A stretch of DNA of 64,000 nt from Burkholderiales bacterium. Its GTDB lineage: Bacteria > Pseudomonadota > Gammaproteobacteria > Burkholderiales > SG8-39. The notes under the pieces are model-generated. The model ran no database searches, was not told the origin of the DNA, and saw only the letters and a program-made list of their open reading frames with translations. Position numbers and translations under genes: made by a program. Shown here one piece after another: positions 51,424-60,968 of the stretch. Numbering within the stretch: position 1 is the first letter of the stretch; each line of letters starts with the position of its first letter. The stretch spans positions 1,790 through 65,789 of the forward strand of contig DATLUZ010000226.1 of assembly GCA_035577785.1 (NCBI GenBank), written 5' to 3'.

Positions 51424-52133
51424 AGGAAGCGCTGCGCGAGCTCGCAATCGCGAACCGCATCCTCGCGCGCGAGGGCGTGGTCGACGCGTTCGGCCACGTC
51501 AGCATTCGCCACCCGCAGCGTGCGGATCGCTTCCTCATGTCGCGCTCGCGCAGTCCCGAGCTCGTCACCGCCGACGACCTCATGGAGTTCGCGCTCGACG
51601 GCACGCCGATCGACGCGCGCGGGCGAACGCCGTACTCCGAGCGCTTCATCCACGGCGCGGTCTACGAGGCGCGCGCCGACGTCGGCTCGGTGATCCACAA
51701 CCACTCGCACGCCGTCATCCCGTACGGCATCACGCCGGTGAAGCTGCGGCCGGTGCTGCACGTCGGCGCCGCGATCGGCGGCCAAATCCCGGTCTGGGAC
51801 ATCCGCAGGAGCTTCGGCGACACGAACATGCTGGTGGTCAACATGGCGCAGGCGAGGGACCTCGCCGCGACCCTGGGCGCGCACCGGGTCGCGCTCATGC
51901 GCGGCCACGGCTGCGCCGTCGCCGGCAGCAGCTTGCGCGAGGCGGTGTTCACCGCCATCTACCTGCAGGTGAACGCGCGGCTGCAAACCGAGGCGATGGC
52001 GCTCTCCGACGAGGTGGAGTACTTGAGCCCCGGCGAGCTCGCGCGCGCCAGGGACATGCTCTCGCAGCCAGTGGGACTCGACCGCGCGTGGGAGTACTGG
52101 AGCGCGCGCGCCGACCGCAACGGCATCGACTGA
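51420..52133 (+). CDS. class II aldolase/adducin domain protein
   Basis: FGHVSIR...ERFIHGAVYEARADVGSVIHNHSHAVIPY...MRGHGCAVAG. TTGA overlap with the upstream gene. Confidence 0.85.
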   Translation: MKEALRELAIANRILAREGVVDAFGHVSIRHPQRADRFLMSRSRSPELVTADDLMEFALDGTPIDARGRTPYSERFIHGAVYEARADVGSVIHNHSHAVIPYGITPVKLRPVLHVGAAIGGQIPVWDIRRSFGDTNMLVVNMAQARDLAATLGAHRVALMRGHGCAVAGSSLREAVFTAIYLQVNARLQTEAMALSDEVEYLSPGELARARDMLSQPVGLDRAWEYWSARADRNGID

Positions 52134-52142
52134 GCTCGATCT

Positions 52143-53087
52143 TCAGCGCCCGAGGTAGCTCGAGTCGACCATGCGGGCGCGCTCGTAGACGCTGCCCGCG
52201 GGCAGGAGGCCCACCCCAAGCACGGTCTCGAACGTGCTTCCGAGCGCGGCGTCCGAGACCGACAGGTCGGGCGACAGGATCTTCAGTTTCGCCGTATCCG
52301 CAAGCGCCCTTTCGGCGAGGGCGGGTGCCGTCTTCAGCTCTCTTGCCGCAACCGCCGCCGCGTCGCGGGGATGCGCGGCCATGTCTTCCTGCCCGCGCTT
52401 CAACGCGCGCAGGAATCCCTGCACCAGCGGCCGGTTCTGCCGGGCCCAATTCGAGTCCAGGTTGACGCTCGTGAACAGGTAGTCGCTCATGTACCGGGAA
52501 ATCGGTCCGAAGTTCGTGAACCCGGCCGCCTCGGCTTCGTAGCTCAGCGGAAAGGGCTGCAGCCCGGCGTCGATCTTGCCTTCCTGGAGAAGCCGCCAGC
52601 GCGTCGGCGCGCCTCCCACCGCCATGACTTCGTACTCGCCGGGCTTGAGGCCGATCGCGCCGGCAAGCCGGTGCACCAGATAGGTGGTGCCCTCATTTAG
52701 GGACAGCACGCCGAACCTCGCGCCGCGCAGCTCGCCGAGCGTCCTGATCTGCGGCTTGGCAATGATGAAATGCGGCAGCCGCTCGGCGTTGGCGGCGATG
52801 ATGCGCAGGCTGCCGCCGCGGTAGGCGTCCACCACCACGCTTTCCGGCGTGGTGATGGCGACCTGCGAGCGGCCGCTCCGCAGCTCCTCCATGATCTTCT
52901 CGGCATTGTCGAAGATCTCAATGGTGGCGGTGATGCCCTCGTCCTTCAGGTAGCCCTTGTCCTGGGCGAGCCACAGCGGGACGTAGAACACGGTGCGCGA
53001 CACGATGGCGACGCGCAGCTCGGCCGCAAACGCAGGGCCGGGGAGAACGAGCAGCAGCGTCAGGCAGGCATGCCTGAGCAGGTTCAT
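52143..53087 (-). CDS. NMT1/THI5-like periplasmic substrate-binding protein
   Basis: Signal peptide MNLLRHACLTLLLVLPGPAFA. SsuA-like fold pattern. Confidence 0.75.
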   Translation of the reverse strand: MNLLRHACLTLLLVLPGPAFAAELRVAIVSRTVFYVPLWLAQDKGYLKDEGITATIEIFDNAEKIMEELRSGRSQVAITTPESVVVDAYRGGSLRIIAANAERLPHFIIAKPQIRTLGELRGARFGVLSLNEGTTYLVHRLAGAIGLKPGEYEVMAVGGAPTRWRLLQEGKIDAGLQPFPLSYEAEAAGFTNFGPISRYMSDYLFTSVNLDSNWARQNRPLVQGFLRALKRGQEDMAAHPRDAAAVAARELKTAPALAERALADTAKLKILSPDLSVSDAALGSTFETVLGVGLLPAGSVYERARMVDSSYLGR

Positions 53088-53145
53088 GTCTGAAGTATGT
53101 ACTATTAACAACGAATTTCGAGGATCGAACGGGCCACCACGTCAC

Positions 53146-54177
53146 ATGGGCTACAACGTCACGCTTAAGCCGAGCGGCCACCGCTTCGAGGTGAAGGAGG
53201 GCCAGAGCGTCCTGCAGGCCGGCCTCGACGCCGGCTTCATGATGCCGTACAGCTGCCGCACCGGCGTGTGCCGCACCTGCCGCGGCACGGTGCGCGAGGG
53301 AAGCGTCGACTACGGGGCGGTGCATCCGACCTACCTGCCCGACAGCGACAAGGCGAAAGGCTTCGCGCTGCTCTGCCAGGCGCGGCCGCTCTCGGACCTC
53401 GTCGTCGAGGTACGCGAGCTCGAAGGCATGGCGGGCATCCGGCCGAGGATGATTCCCTGCCGCATCGAGAAGCTCGAGCGGCCGGCGCCCGACGTTGCGG
53501 TCATGGGCCTGCGCCTGCCGATGAACGAGAATTTCCGCTTCCTCGCCGGGCAGTACGTCGACCTCCTGCTCAAGAACCAGAAGCGGCGCAGCTACTCGAT
53601 CGCCGTGCCGCCGAAGCCGGAGGGCGTGACCTACCTCGAGCTCCATGTGCGGCACACGCCGGGCGGCCTTTTCACCGAGCACCTGTTCGCGAACGCCAAG
53701 GTGCGCGACATCCTTCGCTTCGAAGGCCCGCTCGGCACGTTCTACCTGCGGGAGGACTCGGACAAGCCCGTCGTCATGGTGGCGAGCGGCACCGGCTTCG
53801 CGCCGATCAAGGCGATGTGCGAGGCCGCCTTCGAGAAGAACCTCGCCCGGCCCATCACCCTCTACTGGGGCTGCCGCGCCCGCCGCGATCTCTACATGCT
53901 CGACGTGCCGCAGCAATGGAGCCGGCCGAACTTCCGCTTCGTGCCGGTGCTGTCGGATCCGACCCCGGAATGCCGCTGGCGCGGCCGCACCGGCTTCGTC
54001 CACCGCGCCGTGATGGAGGACTTCCCGGACCTGTCGGGCGTCGAGGTGTATGCCTGCGGCGCCCCGGTGATGGTCGACGCGGCGCGCGCCGACTTCGGTT
54101 CGCAGCGCGGCTTGCCACCGGAGGCGTTCTTCGCCGATTCTTTCCTGACCGAAGCGGACAAGCTTCCGGCTTCCTGA
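53146..54177 (+). CDS. oxygenase reductase: N-terminal plant-type [2Fe-2S] ferredoxin plus an FNR-like FAD/NAD(P) domain
   Basis: CRTGVCRTCRG...C cluster; RSYSIA (RxYS) motif; ASGTGFAP. Confidence 0.9.
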   Translation: MGYNVTLKPSGHRFEVKEGQSVLQAGLDAGFMMPYSCRTGVCRTCRGTVREGSVDYGAVHPTYLPDSDKAKGFALLCQARPLSDLVVEVRELEGMAGIRPRMIPCRIEKLERPAPDVAVMGLRLPMNENFRFLAGQYVDLLLKNQKRRSYSIAVPPKPEGVTYLELHVRHTPGGLFTEHLFANAKVRDILRFEGPLGTFYLREDSDKPVVMVASGTGFAPIKAMCEAAFEKNLARPITLYWGCRARRDLYMLDVPQQWSRPNFRFVPVLSDPTPECRWRGRTGFVHRAVMEDFPDLSGVEVYACGAPVMVDAARADFGSQRGLPPEAFFADSFLTEADKLPAS

Positions 54178-54190
54178 CGAGGAGGAGCAC

Positions 54191-54733
54191 ATGACGGTTG
54201 CGACGCGGGAGATCATCCAGGACGGCATCGCCGATCCGAAAAACGAGAACGCCGTGGTGAAGGCGTTCGTGCTGTCGCACGGCACCATGGAGGTGTACAA
54301 CCTCAAGGAGTCGCGCCGGTTCTACGAGGAGTTCCTCGGGCTCGAGTGCGTGCGCCACGCCAAGCCCGCGATCGTGGTGCGCCTGGGGCTCAAGTTCCAC
54401 ATCGTCGCGGTGGAAGTCGGCGAGGCGGTGCATCCGGTGAACGTCCTCAACCACTGGGGCATGGACGTGCGGACCAAGGACGAGGTCGACGCCGCCTACG
54501 CCGCCGCGCTCAAGCACAAGGAGAAGTACAAGATCCGCCAGGTGCTGAAGCCCGTCATGCAGCACGGGGTGTACTCCTTCTATATGGAGGACCTCGACCA
54601 CAACTGGTGGGAGATCCAGCACTACCCCGGGTTCCAGAACGAGGACCTGTTCGACTTCGGCGATCGCTTTTCGATGGACGATGCGGCGCCAGTCGGCGAG
54701 CTGAAGGAGCTCGGCATCAAAACCACCGCTTGA
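54191..54733 (+). CDS. VOC (glyoxalase/dioxygenase) family protein
   Basis: HGTMEVYNLKESRRFYEEFLGLE...SFYMEDLDHNWWEI. Confidence 0.7.
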   Translation: MTVATREIIQDGIADPKNENAVVKAFVLSHGTMEVYNLKESRRFYEEFLGLECVRHAKPAIVVRLGLKFHIVAVEVGEAVHPVNVLNHWGMDVRTKDEVDAAYAAALKHKEKYKIRQVLKPVMQHGVYSFYMEDLDHNWWEIQHYPGFQNEDLFDFGDRFSMDDAAPVGELKELGIKTTA

Positions 54734-54798
54734 GGGTCAAAGTTTTGGTGTGACAGCTTTAGGTCAGTCACTAGTCAGGGAGTTTCGCGTTCTAGCTC

Positions 54799-54831
54799 TG
54801 TAACCTGCCCGCCTCATTTCGGATCTGGAAG
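54799..54831 (+). promoter_or_regulatory. Conserved leader shared by the two RND operons (copy 1)
   Basis: TGTAACCTGCCCGCCT is identical to 60929-60944. It is followed by ATCTGGaAGG (SD) and GTG. Confidence 0.35.
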
Positions 54832-54837
54832 GTCCAG

Positions 54838-56064
54838 GTGCGGTTGGCGGCTCTATTCCTTGTCGTGGTCGGGTTCGCGGCTCCGGCGCTCGCGCGAGAT
54901 CTCACGCTCACGCAGGTGGAGGAGCTCGTCGCACGCAACAACCGGGAGCTGCTGGCGGCGCGGCGTGCCCTGGAGTCCGCCGATGCTCAGACGCTGATCG
55001 CGGGCGCCCGGCCGAACGCCACGTTCTCGGTCAACAGCACCAGCATCGCCTCGGGGGTCCAGGGGGCCGACACCGTCTTTCGCATCGACCAGCCGTTCGA
55101 GCGCGGCGACAAGCGCACCCTGCGGCTCGATGCTGCGTCCGGGCTGCGGCTCGCGGCGCAGCGCGATTCGCTCGACGTGCTGCGCCAGCAGCTCGCGGTG
55201 GCACGCGCGGCCTACTTCGACCTCAAGCAGGCGCAGGAGCGGGCGCAGGTGCTGGACGAGACCGCCGCACTCTTCGGCCGCACGCTCGAGGCGGCCCAGA
55301 CGCGCCTGAAGGCCGGCGACCTGGCGGCGGCCGACGTGGCGAAGGTGGAAGTGGACCAGGGACGAGCGCAGAACGACGCACGGGCGGCGCGTGCCGACCT
55401 TGCTCGGGCGCAGCTCGCGCTGGCTTATCTCATCGGCGAGGAAGCCGCGGCCGCCGGGCTGGCCGCCGCGGACGACTGGCCGGCGCCGCAGCGAGCCGAT
55501 GCCGCGGTGCTCGCCGAGGCGGTGGAAGCGCGTCCCGACGTGCAGGCGGCGAAGGCGCGCGTCGAGGCGGCCGAGCGCCTGCGCGACCTAGCCCGCGCCC
55601 AGCGCACGCGCGACGTGACGTTGGGGGCCCAGTATGAGCGCTTCCCGGGCAGCAACCCGGTGAACTCGGTCGGGTTCGGCGTCTCGGTGCCACTCTTCAC
55701 CGGCTACGACTTCTCGGGCGACATCCGCAAGGCGGAAGTCGACCGCTACGCCGCGCTCGACCAGCTCGACCGCGCCAGAGCCATCGCGCTTGCAGAATTG
55801 CGCCGCTCTGCGAGCGATCTCAACTCGGCCGCCGAGCGGGTGGAGCGCTTCGACTCGACGCTCCTCGCGGCGGCAGGCCGCAGCTCGGAGGCAGTCGAGT
55901 TCGCCTTTCGCCGCGGCGCCAGCTCGGTGCTCGAAGTACTGGACGCGCGCCGCACGCTGCGCGCGGTCCGCCTCGAGGCGCTGACGGCGCGCACCGACCA
56001 TGCCAAGGCCTACGCCGCGTGGCGCGCCGCGCAGACCACGGCCGACATGCTGCAAGCGAAATGA
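54838..56064 (+). CDS. TolC-family outer-membrane efflux protein (CzcC-like)
   Basis: Two-repeat coiled-coil OEP pattern. First gene of a C-B-A heavy-metal RND operon. Confidence 0.85.
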   Translation: MRLAALFLVVVGFAAPALARDLTLTQVEELVARNNRELLAARRALESADAQTLIAGARPNATFSVNSTSIASGVQGADTVFRIDQPFERGDKRTLRLDAASGLRLAAQRDSLDVLRQQLAVARAAYFDLKQAQERAQVLDETAALFGRTLEAAQTRLKAGDLAAADVAKVEVDQGRAQNDARAARADLARAQLALAYLIGEEAAAAGLAAADDWPAPQRADAAVLAEAVEARPDVQAAKARVEAAERLRDLARAQRTRDVTLGAQYERFPGSNPVNSVGFGVSVPLFTGYDFSGDIRKAEVDRYAALDQLDRARAIALAELRRSASDLNSAAERVERFDSTLLAAAGRSSEAVEFAFRRGASSVLEVLDARRTLRAVRLEALTARTDHAKAYAAWRAAQTTADMLQAK

Positions 56065-57188
56065 GCGCGGAGAAGCTGATCGTCGCGGCGCTGTGCGGGG
56101 GCTTCCTCACCTGGGGCTGCTGGGACAAGCAGGAGAAGGGGCCCTCGCCGGAGCCAACGGTCGAGCAGCACAGCATTCTCGTGTTCCCGAACGCGAGCCC
56201 GATGCTCGACCAGATCGTCGCCGTGCCGGTCGAGCCGCGCCGCGAGGTCACGCTGCGCTTCAACGGTCGCCTGGTCTGGAACGAGGACCGCACCGCGCGC
56301 GTGTTCGCGCCGTTCGCCGGCCGGGTCGAGTCGATTGCCGCCCGCCCGGGCGAGCGCGTCGCGCGCGGCCAGGTGCTCGCGGTGCTTGCCGCGCCCGACT
56401 TCGGCGTCGCCCAGGCCGAGGCGCGCAAGGCCGAGAACGACTATTCGCTCGCGCAGAAGAACCTCGAGCGGATCCGCGAGCTGGCGCAGGCCGGCGTGGC
56501 GCCGGCCAAGGACCTGCAGGCGGCCGAATCGGAAGTGGTGCGGACCGCGAGCGAGCGCGCGCGCGCGAATGCGCGGCTGAAGCTCTACGGGAAGACCGAC
56601 ACCGTCGACCAGCAGCTCGCGCTGCGCTCGCCGGTCGCGGGCGTGGTGGTGGAGCGCAACCTCAACCCCGGGCAGGAGCTGCGCACCGATTCGCAAGGTG
56701 ACAAGCCGCTCTTCGTGGTCTCGGACCCGGCGCACCTCTGGTTCCTCCTCGATGTGTCCGAGCAAGACGTCGCCCGCGTGAAATCGGGCACCGAGGTGAA
56801 GCTGTCGACCGCCTCACTTGGCGACGACCGGATCTCGGGGCACGTGCTGCAAGTCGCCGACTTCGTCGATCCGCAGACGCGCACGGTGAAGGTGCGCGGT
56901 CTAGTCGACGCGCCGGACGAGCGCCTGAAGGCCGAGATGTTCACGGTCGCGGAGCTGAAGCTCGCCGCCTCGAGCGGCTACCTCGTGCCCACGCGGGCGG
57001 TCTACCTGCGCGGCGAGCAGCACTTCGTGTTCGTCGATCAGGGCGGCGGGCGCTACGCGCGGCGGGCGATTGTGCCCGGGCCCATCAGCGACGGCTACCA
57101 GGCGGTGCTCGGCGGCATCGCTGCCACCGACAAGGTGGTGGTGGACGGAAACCTCCTCCTCGAGCGCCTGCTCGCGTCGAAGGACTGA
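56061..57188 (+). CDS. RND efflux periplasmic adaptor (CzcB/CusB-like), lipoprotein
   Basis: Lipobox LTWGC. HlyD-like hairpin and barrel segments. ATGA overlap with the upstream gene. Confidence 0.85.
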   Translation: MSAEKLIVAALCGGFLTWGCWDKQEKGPSPEPTVEQHSILVFPNASPMLDQIVAVPVEPRREVTLRFNGRLVWNEDRTARVFAPFAGRVESIAARPGERVARGQVLAVLAAPDFGVAQAEARKAENDYSLAQKNLERIRELAQAGVAPAKDLQAAESEVVRTASERARANARLKLYGKTDTVDQQLALRSPVAGVVVERNLNPGQELRTDSQGDKPLFVVSDPAHLWFLLDVSEQDVARVKSGTEVKLSTASLGDDRISGHVLQVADFVDPQTRTVKVRGLVDAPDERLKAEMFTVAELKLAASSGYLVPTRAVYLRGEQHFVFVDQGGGRYARRAIVPGPISDGYQAVLGGIAATDKVVVDGNLLLERLLASKD

Positions 57189-57192
57189 GGGA

Positions 57193-60100
57193 TTGATCAA
57201 GCGCATCATCGCGTTCGCGCTGTACCAGCCGCTCTTCGTCGTCCTCGGGGTGGCGCTCTTCGTCGGCGCCGGAATCTGGGCGTTCGTCAACCTCCCGGTC
57301 GAGGCCTTCCCAGACGTCACCGACACGCAGGTCACGGTGATCTCGCTTTACCCCGGGCGCGCTGCCGAGGAGGTGGAGAAGCAGGTCACGGTGCCGCTGG
57401 AGGTCGCGCTGTCGGGGTTGCCCGGCGCGGTGCGCATGTTTTCGCACACGCAGTTCGGCCTTTCGTTTCTCATCCTCACCTTCGACGACCGGGCGAACGG
57501 CTATTTCTCCCGGCAGCAGGTCGTCGAGCGGCTGCGCGAGGTCGACCTGCCAGACGGCGTGCAGGCAGAGCTGGCGCCGTTCTCGACCGCGATCGGCGAG
57601 ATCTACCGCTACCGCATCAAGGGCGACAAGCACACGCCGCGCGAGCTGCGCACCTACCAGGACTGGGTGGTGTCGCGCCAGCTGCGGCTCGTGCCCGGCG
57701 TCGCGGACATCGTCAGCCTCGGCGGCCTGGTCAAGCAGTACGAGGTGCGGCCGGACCTCGCGAAGCTGCGCGACTACAAGGTGACCCTGGGACAGCTTTC
57801 GCAGGCGATCCAGCGCGGCAACGCCAACGCCGGGGGCAGCTACGTCGAGCAGGGCCGCCAGCAGTACCTGATCCGGGGCATCGGCCTCTTCAACGGGCCC
57901 GAGGACATCGAGAACGTGGTGGTGGACGCGCGCGGCGGCACGCCGATCCTGGTGCGCCACCTCGCCACCGTCGAGCTAGGCGCGGTGCCGCGCCAGGGCA
58001 TCGCGGGGCAGGATGCCGAGGACGACATCGTGACCGGCGTGGTGCTGATGCGCCGCGGGGAAAATCCGTCCGACGTGCTCAAGCGGGTGCGCGCCAAGGT
58101 GGACACGCTGAACGACACGGCGCTCCCGGGGGGCGTGAAAGTGGTCCCGATCTACGACCGCACCTGGCTCATCGGCAAGACGCTGAGGACGGTGTTCGGC
58201 AACCTCGCCGAGGGCGCGCTCCTCGTTTCCCTCGTGTTGTATCTGTTTTTGGGAAACGCAAGAGCCGCTGGCATCGTCGCGCTCACCATCCCGCTCGCGC
58301 TGCTCGCGACCTTCCTCGGGCTCACCTGGGTCGGCATTCCGGCCAACCTGCTCTCGCTCGGCGCGATGGACTTCGGCATCATCGTCGACGGCGCGGTGAT
58401 CGTGGTGGAGAACATATTTCGCCGCCTCACGGAGGCGCGCCACGCGCACCGCGAGTTCGGAAACGGCGAATTCAAGAATGCGATTCTCGAGGCCGCGACC
58501 GAAGTCGGGCGCCCGACGCTGTTCTCCATGCTCATCATCATCGCGGCGCACATCCCGATCTTCACCCTGCAGCGCCACGAGGGCCGCATCTTCGCGCCGA
58601 TGGCCTACTCGGTCGTGTTCGCCCTCATCGGCGCCCTGATCCTCTCGCTCACGCTCGTGCCGCTGCTCGCCTCGGCCATGCTCAGGAAGAAGCTGCCCGA
58701 AGAAGACAACCGCCTGGTGCGCGCCGCCAAGCGGCTGTACGAACCCGCGCTGGACAAGGCTTTGAAAAATCCCCGAAAGATACTGAGCGGGGCGGTTGTC
58801 GCGCTTGCCGCCAGCCTGATGCTCGTCCCCAGGCTCGGCACGGAGTTCCTGCCCGAGCTTAACGAAGGCGCCGTCTGGGTCAACCTGACGCTGCCGACCA
58901 GCGTGTCGGTGTCCGAGGCTCAGGAGCTTACGGGTCGGGTGCGCAGCGCCATCCGCCGCGTGCCGGAAGTCCTGACCGTGACCTCGAAGTCCGGACGCCC
59001 CGAGGACGGCACCGATCCCAAGCTCATCAACATGGCCGAGCTGCTGGTGGATCTCAAGCCCGAGACCGAATGGCGCAAGGGCATCGACAAGCCCGCGATC
59101 CTCGCTCAGATGGACGCCGAGGTGTCGAAGATCCCCGGCCTCGAGCCGAGCTTCTCGCAGCCGATCCGCGACAACGTGCTCGAGTCGATCTCGCAGATCG
59201 ACGGCCAGATCGTGGTCAAGGTGTTCGGCGACGATCTCGACACCCTGCGCGACCAGGCCGAGCAGGTGCTGAAGCAAGTGAGCACGGTGCCCGGCGTGGC
59301 CCGCGCGTTCGTCGACCGCCTGGGCGAGCTGCCGCAGATCCAGGTGCGGGTCGACCGCGCCCGCGCCGCGCGCTACGGCCTCAACGTCGCCGACGTGCAG
59401 GACGTCATCGAGAGCGCGCTGGGAGGGAAGGCCGTGACCCAGGTGTGGGAGGGCGAGCAGCGCTTCGCCGTCGCGATCCGTCTTCCCGAGGAGGAGCGCA
59501 CGCTGACGCGCATGCAGCGCCTGCTCGTGGCGACGCCGGGCGGCGCGTACGTGCCGCTCTCCGAGGTGACCACCTTCAAGACCATCGGCGGGATGATGAA
59601 CATCGCGCGCGAGGACGGCAAGCGCGTGCTCGCGATCGGCGTGTTCATCCGCGGCCGCGACATGGGCGGCGTGGTGGCCGACATGCAGGCCCGGGTGGCG
59701 CAGCACGTGCGCCTGCCCGAGGGCTACAGCATCACCTGGTCGGGCGAGTTCGAAAACCAGGAGCGCGCCATGCGCCGGCTCGCGGTGATCGTGCCGATCT
59801 CGATCCTGATCATCTTCCTGCTGCTGTTCGACGCCTTCAAGTCGTTCTCGAGCGCGCTCGTGATTATCGCCAACATCCCGTTCTCCGTGATCGGCGGCAT
59901 CCTCGCGCTCTGGATTACTGGCATCTACCTCTCGGTATCGGCGGCGATCGGGTTCATCGCGCTCTTCGGCCAGGCGGTGCTGAACGGGGTCGTGATGGTG
60001 ACGCTCTTCAACCAGCTGCGTGCGAGCGGCGTGCCGCTCGCGCAGGCGGTGCGCGAAGGCGCGATGACGCGGCTGCGCACGGTGCTCATGACGGCGCTCC

Positions 60101-60264
60101 TCGCGAGCCTGGGCCTCGCGCCGATGGCGCTTTCGACCGGCATCGGCTCCGAGACGCAGAAGCCGCTCGCGGTGGTGGTGATCGGCGGGCTGGTCACCGC
60201 GACGCTGCTCGTGCTCTTCGTGCTGCCGGTGCTCTACAGCCTGTTCTCAAAAAAGCAGGCGTAG
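57193..60264 (+). CDS. CusA/CzcA-family heavy-metal efflux RND transporter
   Basis: 1023 aa. N-terminus ...NLPVEAFPDVTDTQVTVI. 12-TM layout. TTG start. Confidence 0.9.
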   Translation: MIKRIIAFALYQPLFVVLGVALFVGAGIWAFVNLPVEAFPDVTDTQVTVISLYPGRAAEEVEKQVTVPLEVALSGLPGAVRMFSHTQFGLSFLILTFDDRANGYFSRQQVVERLREVDLPDGVQAELAPFSTAIGEIYRYRIKGDKHTPRELRTYQDWVVSRQLRLVPGVADIVSLGGLVKQYEVRPDLAKLRDYKVTLGQLSQAIQRGNANAGGSYVEQGRQQYLIRGIGLFNGPEDIENVVVDARGGTPILVRHLATVELGAVPRQGIAGQDAEDDIVTGVVLMRRGENPSDVLKRVRAKVDTLNDTALPGGVKVVPIYDRTWLIGKTLRTVFGNLAEGALLVSLVLYLFLGNARAAGIVALTIPLALLATFLGLTWVGIPANLLSLGAMDFGIIVDGAVIVVENIFRRLTEARHAHREFGNGEFKNAILEAATEVGRPTLFSMLIIIAAHIPIFTLQRHEGRIFAPMAYSVVFALIGALILSLTLVPLLASAMLRKKLPEEDNRLVRAAKRLYEPALDKALKNPRKILSGAVVALAASLMLVPRLGTEFLPELNEGAVWVNLTLPTSVSVSEAQELTGRVRSAIRRVPEVLTVTSKSGRPEDGTDPKLINMAELLVDLKPETEWRKGIDKPAILAQMDAEVSKIPGLEPSFSQPIRDNVLESISQIDGQIVVKVFGDDLDTLRDQAEQVLKQVSTVPGVARAFVDRLGELPQIQVRVDRARAARYGLNVADVQDVIESALGGKAVTQVWEGEQRFAVAIRLPEEERTLTRMQRLLVATPGGAYVPLSEVTTFKTIGGMMNIAREDGKRVLAIGVFIRGRDMGGVVADMQARVAQHVRLPEGYSITWSGEFENQERAMRRLAVIVPISILIIFLLLFDAFKSFSSALVIIANIPFSVIGGILALWITGIYLSVSAAIGFIALFGQAVLNGVVMVTLFNQLRASGVPLAQAVREGAMTRLRTVLMTALLASLGLAPMALSTGIGSETQKPLAVVVIGGLVTATLLVLFVLPVLYSLFSKKQA

Positions 60265-60921
60265 CCCCACGCTGTAGAAGCGCTGCGGCGGGTCGCCGTT
60301 CTGGTTGCCCGCCGTGCTGTCCACCTGGAACTTGTTGGGCACGATCCAGTAGCGCAAGCCGCCGTGCAGCGTGGGCTTGTCGTAGGTCTGCCCAAAGCTT
60401 TCGAGGATGCCGTAGAGCCGCGGCGCGACCAGCAGCGCTTCCAGCCCGATCCCCCAGGTGCCGCGGTCCCGGTTGACGTCTCGGTCGCGAATCGCGCCGA
60501 GATTGGTGTGCACCACAGCGCGGTCGTCCAGGAACGAAAAGCTGGCTATGCCGTTCACGTAGGGACTCCAGAAGTTGTTTCCCGCCTGCGGATTCGAGTA
60601 GAAGGTTCCCAAGGTCAGCGCAAAACCCGAGCCGTTCGTCTCGAGCGGCTTGATGAGCGTTTTGGCCTGCAGTACCAGCGAGCTTTCGCCTTCAATGCGG
60701 TTTGCCCCGGCAGTGAGCTCGAGTCCGAACGGGTTGCAGGCGGGCATGAACCAGAACTCGGAGCCCGAGTACTTCCGCTGCTCCTTATAGAAGGTCTCGA
60801 TCTGGCAGCCGCCGCGATCGACGACGCGTGCATCGTCGGTGACGAACGGGCGCGCGGCGTGCGCGCATGGGCCCGAAATAACCATTAGCCAATGCAAGGT
60901 TAGAGTCAGGATCTTCTTCAT
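60247..60921 (-). CDS. outer-membrane beta-barrel protein (MetA-pathway/phenol-degradation-like transporter family)
   Basis: Signal peptide, ARPFVTDDARVV motif, C-terminal ...VGLRLLF. Confidence 0.65.
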   Translation of the reverse strand: MKKILTLTLHWLMVISGPCAHAARPFVTDDARVVDRGGCQIETFYKEQRKYSGSEFWFMPACNPFGLELTAGANRIEGESSLVLQAKTLIKPLETNGSGFALTLGTFYSNPQAGNNFWSPYVNGIASFSFLDDRAVVHTNLGAIRDRDVNRDRGTWGIGLEALLVAPRLYGILESFGQTYDKPTLHGGLRYWIVPNKFQVDSTAGNQNGDPPQRFYSVGLRLLF

Positions 60922-60928
60922 CTTCTTG

Positions 60929-60963
60929 TGTAACCTGCCCGCCTTTCCATCGCATCTGGGAGG
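60929..60963 (+). promoter_or_regulatory. Conserved leader shared by the two RND operons (copy 2)
   Basis: TGTAACCTGCCCGCCT...ATCTGGgAGG...GTG. Lies in a 47-nt divergent intergenic region. Confidence 0.35.
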
Positions 60964-60968
60964 GGTGC

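Noticed and set aside
53088-53145. AAGTATGTACTATT upstream of the reductase gene resembles a half-site (AAGTAT) of the 20-bp MarR palindrome.
   Set aside because: Only 6 nt match, the local inverted repeat has 4-bp arms, and the region is generally AT-rich. That is too weak to call a second operator.
54773-54779. The heptamer AGTCAGG occurs 18-19 nt upstream of the conserved TGTAACC in both RND leaders (54773 and 60904), which looked like a shared -35 element.
   Set aside because: The second copy lies inside the coding sequence of the divergent beta-barrel gene (codons for ILTL). A 7-mer match is within chance expectation, so it is not claimed as a promoter element.
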